A stretch of 64,000 nt of DNA from Terriglobia bacterium. Its GTDB lineage: Bacteria; Acidobacteriota; Terriglobia; 20CM-2-55-15. The translations under genes and the position numbers were made by a program. The notes beneath the pieces are model-generated. The model made no database searches and was not told where the DNA came from. It saw only the letters and a list, made by a program, of their open reading frames with translations. Location: assembly GCA_963664115.2 (NCBI GenBank), contig CAXWPJ010000006.1, positions 256,001 to 320,000 of the forward strand, read 5' to 3'. Positions 58,685 to 64,000 of the stretch are shown in pieces (position 1 is the first letter of the stretch; each line of letters opens with the position of its first letter).

Positions 58685-59848
58685 TCAGCCCGTCGCGCAG
58701 ACAAAATCAGCGATGGACTCCAGATCGATTCGGGGGTTTTCGCCACACGTGGTGCATTTCGGATCTTTGCGGACTTTCACTTGACGGAACGTCGCTTCCA
58801 GAGCGTCGTAGACCAGGAGTCGGCCTGAGAGGGTTTCCCCGATACCGAGCAGGAGCTTTATGGTTTCCGTTGCCTGAAGAACGCCTATCGTTCCAGGAAG
58901 GACACCCAGGACTCCGGCTTCCGCACAGCTGGGAGCCAGCTCAGGTGGGGCGGCTGCCGGATATAGACACCTGAAGCATGGCCCTTCGTGGGGGACGAAT
59001 GTCGAAACCTGTCCATCGAACCGGAAGATGCTGCCATAGGCTACGGGCTTGTTGAGCATGACAGCCGCATCGTTGACCAGATATGCCGTAGAGAAGTTAT
59101 CCGATCCGCTGACGATGACATCGTATTCCTTGAAGATTTCGAGCACATTGGAGGCATCGAGCCTGAGGCTATGGGTGGGGACTTTAACGTCGGGATTCAC
59201 CTCGAAAAGAGTCCGGCGTGCAGAGTCGGTTTTCGGCACACCGATTGATGATGTCCAATGCAGAATCTGCCGCTGGAGATTCGATTCGTCCACGACGTCG
59301 TCGTCGATGATGCCGATCGTCCCCACTCCGGAGGCTGCCAAGTAGATCCCGGCTGAAGAACCCAGTCCCCCGGCTCCAACCAGCAGGACCTTGCTAGCAA
59401 GAAGCTTCAGTTGTCCTTTTTCTCCAACTTCCGGAATCAGCACATGACGGCTGTAGCGAGCCATCTGGTCCTTTCCCACGGTTTCGGGTACGACCAGCTT
59501 AAAGCCCTTGTCTTTCCAATCACGGATGCCGCCGGCCAGCGATTGAACCTTGGAATAGCCAAGCTGATTCAGGCTCTTCGCCGCGAACGCGGACCGGACA
59601 CCCCCGGCGCAGTAAACGACGATGGGATGATCCTTGTCCGACAGCATCTTCTCGACTTTGACTTCCAGAAAGCCTCGCGGCAGAAACTCGGCGCCTTCGA
59701 TATGGCCTTGGTCCCACTCGTCTTTTTCCCGGACGTCCAACAGGGTGAAATCCCTATTGCTGTCGAGTTTAGCGTTTATTTCCTCAGGAGTTACCTCCTC
59801 AATTTCCTGCTTCACACCGGCGAGTAATTCGTTGAAATTGGGACTCAT
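58685..59848 (-). CDS. moeB: Rhodanese-ThiF/MoeB fusion (sulfur-carrier adenylyltransferase)
   Basis: N-terminal rhodanese YCAGGVRS; RYSRH, GAGGLGS, SNLQRQ, PCFRC, PSCAEAGVLG, CTTC. Confidence 0.9.
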   Translation of the reverse strand: MSPNFNELLAGVKQEIEEVTPEEINAKLDSNRDFTLLDVREKDEWDQGHIEGAEFLPRGFLEVKVEKMLSDKDHPIVVYCAGGVRSAFAAKSLNQLGYSKVQSLAGGIRDWKDKGFKLVVPETVGKDQMARYSRHVLIPEVGEKGQLKLLASKVLLVGAGGLGSSAGIYLAASGVGTIGIIDDDVVDESNLQRQILHWTSSIGVPKTDSARRTLFEVNPDVKVPTHSLRLDASNVLEIFKEYDVIVSGSDNFSTAYLVNDAAVMLNKPVAYGSIFRFDGQVSTFVPHEGPCFRCLYPAAAPPELAPSCAEAGVLGVLPGTIGVLQATETIKLLLGIGETLSGRLLVYDALEATFRQVKVRKDPKCTTCGENPRIDLESIADFVCATG

Positions 59849-59984
59849 AGTGCTCCTCGATCGCCCGAATACTTCTTAATCCGATTTAAATTGATCAACT
59901 TTGTCATGTATCCGACTATTTAAAGTACAACAATGCTCCGGCATTGCGCAAGACTTCTGCCCGAAACGGCGGTGCCGCCTACGT

Positions 59985-60677
59985 TCAATCGCCCTCGCCC
60001 TCCTGTTCCCAAGCCTCCCCCCGCCTCCTGAGTTCGTCGAGAACATTCTGCATTCGCACGTGCCAGTCCCGGACTGCAGACTCGTCGGCGTCAGGGGGTA
60101 TCCAAATCGCGGGTGCCGCAAATAGCATTGCCTGCGAGAACGGCATCGGGATCTGGAAGTGGTCCCAGCTGCTGAGTTGAATCTTACGCTTCAACGCTAT
60201 GTGAAAGCAGAAAATTCCAGCTCCCGTTTTACGGGCCAGTATGATCGGGCCAGCCTTGGCGACATAGCGTGGACCTCGTGGGCCGTCTATCGTGAAGCCG
60301 ACATCATGATTGCTGCGGATTTCGCAAACCATCTGGGCCAGAGCCGGGCCTCCTGCGCGTGAGCTGGAGCCCCGGGCTGCCCCGTACCCAAGACGCCGGA
60401 TGCACGCCGCGATGATTTCACCGTCGAGGTTCAGGCTTGTCATTACGACAATGCCCCTGTGTCTCCAGCGCCACGTGGCAGGGAATATGCGCCCGTGCCA
60501 GCACGTGAATATGGCGCGTCGTCCCGTTTTTTGGATTTCCTCGAGGTGTTCGAAGCCCGTCGCCTGCCATCGCAGACTGCGACCGATCAACGCGATCGCC
60601 CAGTAGCCGATCCATGAAACGAGGCTGATCTTGATGCGCTCGGTTCTTGAGAAACGGCGCGGCTGACCGACCTCCAT
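59985..60677 (-). CDS. Lysophospholipid acyltransferase family (DUF374)
   Basis: WHGR, S...DGE, RGSSSR, DGPRGP, SWD.F..P.PFS. Confidence 0.9.
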   Translation of the reverse strand: MEVGQPRRFSRTERIKISLVSWIGYWAIALIGRSLRWQATGFEHLEEIQKTGRRAIFTCWHGRIFPATWRWRHRGIVVMTSLNLDGEIIAACIRRLGYGAARGSSSRAGGPALAQMVCEIRSNHDVGFTIDGPRGPRYVAKAGPIILARKTGAGIFCFHIALKRKIQLSSWDHFQIPMPFSQAMLFAAPAIWIPPDADESAVRDWHVRMQNVLDELRRRGEAWEQEGEGD

Positions 60678-60818
60678 TCAAATGTAGTCTTTGGGGTTTC
60701 GAGTGAACTTGTCGTAACAGGCGGACGAGCAGAAGTAATACTCCTTGCCCTTGTATTCGGATTTGAATTCCGCCATGTCGGGGTCGGTTGGCATTTTGCA
60801 GACCGGATCAGTTTCCAT
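60678..60818 (-). CDS. YHS domain protein
   Basis: METDPVCKM...YYFCSSAC...F..NP..Y; GAAGGAG RBS. Confidence 0.88.
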   Translation of the reverse strand: METDPVCKMPTDPDMAEFKSEYKGKEYYFCSSACYDKFTRNPKDYI

Positions 60819-61086
60819 CGCAGCTCCTTCTGTGAAATAGGGGGCAGTCCCTAGAATTTCCCCCAAGGATAAATCAAAACGAGTGCGCTGCAAACTCGGG
60901 TCGTGGATTTGCCGCTCAATGGGCCGCAACGGACGTACGGCATCAGATCTGTCTAGAGAGTGAGAGAGAGACCGGAGTGAAGGCAAGATCAGGTGTTCGG
61001 ACGTCCCATTTGTGCTGTTCCGAGTGTGGGTGGAATGGCACCCGGGGCTGCGAACCTATTGAAGACTTTGGAGAGACTATGATGGG

Positions 61087-61353
61087 CTAACTGGAAGCCG
61101 CTACAGGGATTACGACGAGGCCCATGGGATCCCGAACGACGCCTTCCACACCCAGCGATTCAAAGATCAACGCAGTCTGTTTGACGCGCTGAGCAGGCAC
61201 GGTCAATATCTTTATTGGGCACGCGGATTCTTTCATCTGCATTACGGCCGCCGACAGTTCCCATAGGTTGTTTCCGGTAACCGCCAGTTCTTCCACCATG
61301 CCTTCCAATCCTTCCGGAAATCCTGTCCAGTAGGCATCTGTTGTGTGCATCAC
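61087..61353 (-). CDS. Hypothetical protein
   Basis: Only non-overlapping ORF in the gap; GGAG upstream. Confidence 0.45.
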   Translation of the reverse strand: MMHTTDAYWTGFPEGLEGMVEELAVTGNNLWELSAAVMQMKESACPIKILTVPAQRVKQTALIFESLGVEGVVRDPMGLVVIPVAASS

Positions 61354-61571
61354 GTGCGGGCGCTCCCCGGTTTCGAAGTTGTCGCTCTTCCTGATATCTG
61401 TATCGACTTATTTTCTGGTCTGGGTTACTAAAATATCGAAATTAAGAGGTGAGGGGACAGACGATTCAATGGCCGAATCGCTGATTCCCAGGGCTGATGA
61501 GATTGCGGTGAGTTCCGAGCGAGTTTGGGGATTCGGTCGTTTGTCCCCTTTATTTGCATACAATAGCGAAC

Positions 61572-62267
61572 ATGAAGATGTTGCTGTTCGATGTGGATTT
61601 GACGCTTGTGAACACAGGAGGTGCGGGCATACGGGCCTTAAATCAAGCCACTGAAGAGGTTTTGGGTTTCCCCGAAGCCATGGCAGCTATCACGCCCCAT
61701 GGTAAGACCGACCCAGCCATCGTCCGCGAAATCATTACTCAAAATAACCAGAAAAGTATCAAGGATTTGCAGCATGTTACAGCGGATATCCTTGACAAAT
61801 ACTTGATATATCTGGAGCGGGAAGTTTTCGATTCAGACGGCTATCGCGTTCTTCCGGGAATCGGTCGCTTGCTCGAAGAATTCAGTGCCCGTGAGGACGT
61901 TCGCCTGGGGCTGGCGACCGGAAACCTGGAGCGGGGTGCCCGGATCAAACTGGAGCGCGGCGGGCTCAATGGGTACTTTGGGTTCGGCGGCTTCGGTTCC
62001 GACGCTGAGGATCGCCGGGAACTGGTCCTCCAGGCGGCCCGGCGGGGTAACCCTGAGAGCAGTGTCGATGTCGCCCGAGCCGACACATACGTCATCGGCG
62101 ACACGCCAAAGGACATCGAAGCCGGCAAGCAGGCAGGGTTTCAGACCATAGGGGTTGCCACCGGGAGTTACTCGGTGGAGGCGCTCCTAGCGACGGGGGC
62201 CGACGTGGTTATCGAAGACTTTATTGTTGGCCGCGATCAGTTCCTGCGTTCCACCCGCGCTGCGTAG
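61572..62267 (+). CDS. HAD-family hydrolase (phosphoglycolate phosphatase-like)
   Basis: LFDVDLTL, GKTD, ATGN, GGFGSD, IGDTPKD. Confidence 0.92.
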   Translation: MKMLLFDVDLTLVNTGGAGIRALNQATEEVLGFPEAMAAITPHGKTDPAIVREIITQNNQKSIKDLQHVTADILDKYLIYLEREVFDSDGYRVLPGIGRLLEEFSAREDVRLGLATGNLERGARIKLERGGLNGYFGFGGFGSDAEDRRELVLQAARRGNPESSVDVARADTYVIGDTPKDIEAGKQAGFQTIGVATGSYSVEALLATGADVVIEDFIVGRDQFLRSTRAA

Positions 62268-63341
62268 ACGTCGATGCGTTCGAGCGGGCTCTCGTTATCC
62301 GTTTCGACGGCCGCGATACGTTCAACGACATCCATTCCCGCTGTGACTCTTCCAAACACGGTATAGAAGTTGTCCAGGGCGGGTTGATCGTCCAGGACGA
62401 TGAAGAACGAGGTCAAGGCACTATCGATTTCCTCGCCACGCGCCATTGAGACGATTCCTGCGACGTGTTTAATCTCGTTTATTTCTGCGGCAATGGGCAC
62501 CACGAACTGTTCAGCGTTCTGAGGGTAGGGTTCCGTTCGAGTATTCAGGTCGCCCGTCTGGATCACGAAGCCAGGGGCCACCCGGTGGAACGCCGTCAGA
62601 TCATAGACGCCTAAAAATGCCAGGCGCAGGAAGTGTCTGACGTGGTCGGGCGCTTCCTCCGGAAAGAACTCCAGCGTGATATTCCCGAACGCAGTTTCCA
62701 ACACCGCCTGATATTCGCCCAGTTCTTCGATGGTTTCCTGACTGAACGGGGGCACCGGTGGCGGGGGTATGTCCCGGATCCTGACGTCGAGGATCTCAAC
62801 GCGTTCAAGCGCGATCTGTCCCTCGTCGGTTGGGGTCATGGAGATTTCATCGAGGACTTCCAGCCCTTCGACCACGTGGGCAAAGGCCGTGAATTGGCGG
62901 GTGAACTGAGGCTGATCACCGATGCAAATAAAGAACTGCGAGCCGGCGCTGGAAGGCTCACCGGGGAGCAGCGTTGCCACGACGGTTCCCGACACAAATT
63001 CGATGTCGCTGATCTCAAGTTCCAGACCCATGTTAAATCCCCCGGCGCCGTACTCCGTCGTGCGGTCCGGATCTTTGGTGTAGGGGTCCCCGGTCTGGAC
63101 GATGCCGGTCGGCACCATGCTGTGGAAGGTCGTGCCGTCATAGAAATCTTCTTCGACGAGTCGAATGAACTGGTCCACGTGGGCCGGCGCCGCGTCAGGA
63201 TAAAACTCAATGACAACCTCGCCGACGGCGGTTTCGATCACCGCCTGAAGCTCGTGCGGGTCAGCGGGAATTGGCCGGGCCGTGTCTGAACTTAAACGAT
63301 GGGTCCTGCCCGAGGAGCAGAAGTAAAAAAAGGTATCGCAT
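62237..63341 (-). CDS. Double-domain cyclophilin-type peptidyl-prolyl isomerase (5' end probably frameshifted)
   Basis: Two cyclophilin domains (FYDGTTFH..QTGDP..SAGSQFFI; FHRV.PGFVIQ.GD..SMAR..YTVFG); the signal-like start MRYLFLLLLLG at 63341 is one base out of frame. Confidence 0.85.
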
Positions 63342-63379
63342 GATGGCTGTTTTTTCCGGCTATATGGCAACGAATTTTA

Positions 63380-64000
63380 TCACGACAGGTCCGACCCTCT
63401 TCGAAGCGAACCGTCTCCGTATCGATCGTTAATCTTGTCCAGAGCCTGGGCCAATCGTTCGTCCTGTTCGGTGGTTTCGAAAAGCGAGAGTTGTGCCTCA
63501 TCGTTGCTTGCCCGAAGCAGGTTGCTGGTTCCGACGCCGATCAACCGGACGCTTTCCTCCAAAGGGAACTTTTCGAACAGCGTCCGGATCAGCGCGAAGA
63601 TTTCATTTCCTGTGTTGAGCGCCTCGGGTACCGATTTCTGTCGGGTGAAGGTGGTGAAGCTCGCATATCTCAGTTTGAGGCTTATCGTCCGTGTTTTGAA
63701 GCCCTGGCGGCGCAATCTGGCAGCGACCTTGTCTGAGAGCCCCCGCAGCGTTTTCAACAGAAGATCGTTGTCGGACGTATCGTGTTCGAATGTTGTCTCG
63801 TTGCTGATGGATTTAGGTTCCCACGCCGAAACGACAGGCCGTTCGTCCTCACCGCGAGCCAAGTGCCAGAGGTGCTCACCGGACGCACCGAGCGTTTCGA
63901 TCATTTTCTCGCGCCCGATGGCGGCGAGTTCTCCGATCGTGTGAACGCCGAGCTTCCGGAGGCGGGTGGCTGTTTTTGGGCCGACGCCCCACAGCTTTGA
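63380..64000 (-). CDS. dinB: DNA polymerase IV, C-terminal part (partial)
   Basis: LWGVGPKT HhH, KSISNETTF, LKLRY..F, VRLIGV, QLSLF clamp motif. Confidence 0.93.
   Translation of the reverse strand, partial: SKLWGVGPKTATRLRKLGVHTIGELAAIGREKMIETLGASGEHLWHLARGEDERPVVSAWEPKSISNETTFEHDTSDNDLLLKTLRGLSDKVAARLRRQGFKTRTISLKLRYASFTTFTRQKSVPEALNTGNEIFALIRTLFEKFPLEESVRLIGVGTSNLLRASNDEAQLSLFETTEQDERLAQALDKINDRYGDGSLRRGSDLS

Noticed and set aside
55883-59848. Thiamine biosynthesis operon (thiO plus ThiF-like gene)
   Set aside because: The genes are on opposite strands and separated by mqnE; no thiS, thiG or TPP riboswitch seen

Overview
A gene-dense 64 kb bacterial chromosome segment. Gene content suggests Acidobacteriota (inference from the PRxxQFxLKxxF receptor C-terminus, SYLF protein, DUF6152/DUF6644 genes and futalosine mqnE). 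1-12.4 kb is an accessory region for aromatic compounds: the end of a TonB-dependent-type receptor, an FAH-family hydrolase, gentisate 1,2-dioxygenase, a secreted tannase/feruloyl esterase and a gamma-resorcylate-type decarboxylase. Inside it lies an uncharacterised exported module, the best candidate for a new system: two near-identical DUF6152 proteins whose predicted mature N-terminus is His-His, two paralogous periplasmic proteins, a secreted MBL-fold hydrolase and a DUF6644 membrane protein. The rest is mostly housekeeping: S9 peptidase, tandem FMN-glutamate-synthase-like paralogs, an isc operon without fdx, a DHS-like enzyme, ygfZ, a scrambled cbpA, lon, thrC, thiO, mqnE, moeB and partial dinB, plus a 1039-aa secreted HEXXH protein. 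Five copies of a 63-bp inverted-repeat element with a fixed 35-nt core and two CGCAGAG-type palindromes are dispersed between genes. No rRNA, tRNA, CRISPR array or transposase was seen. All family assignments come from motif recognition by eye, not database searches.
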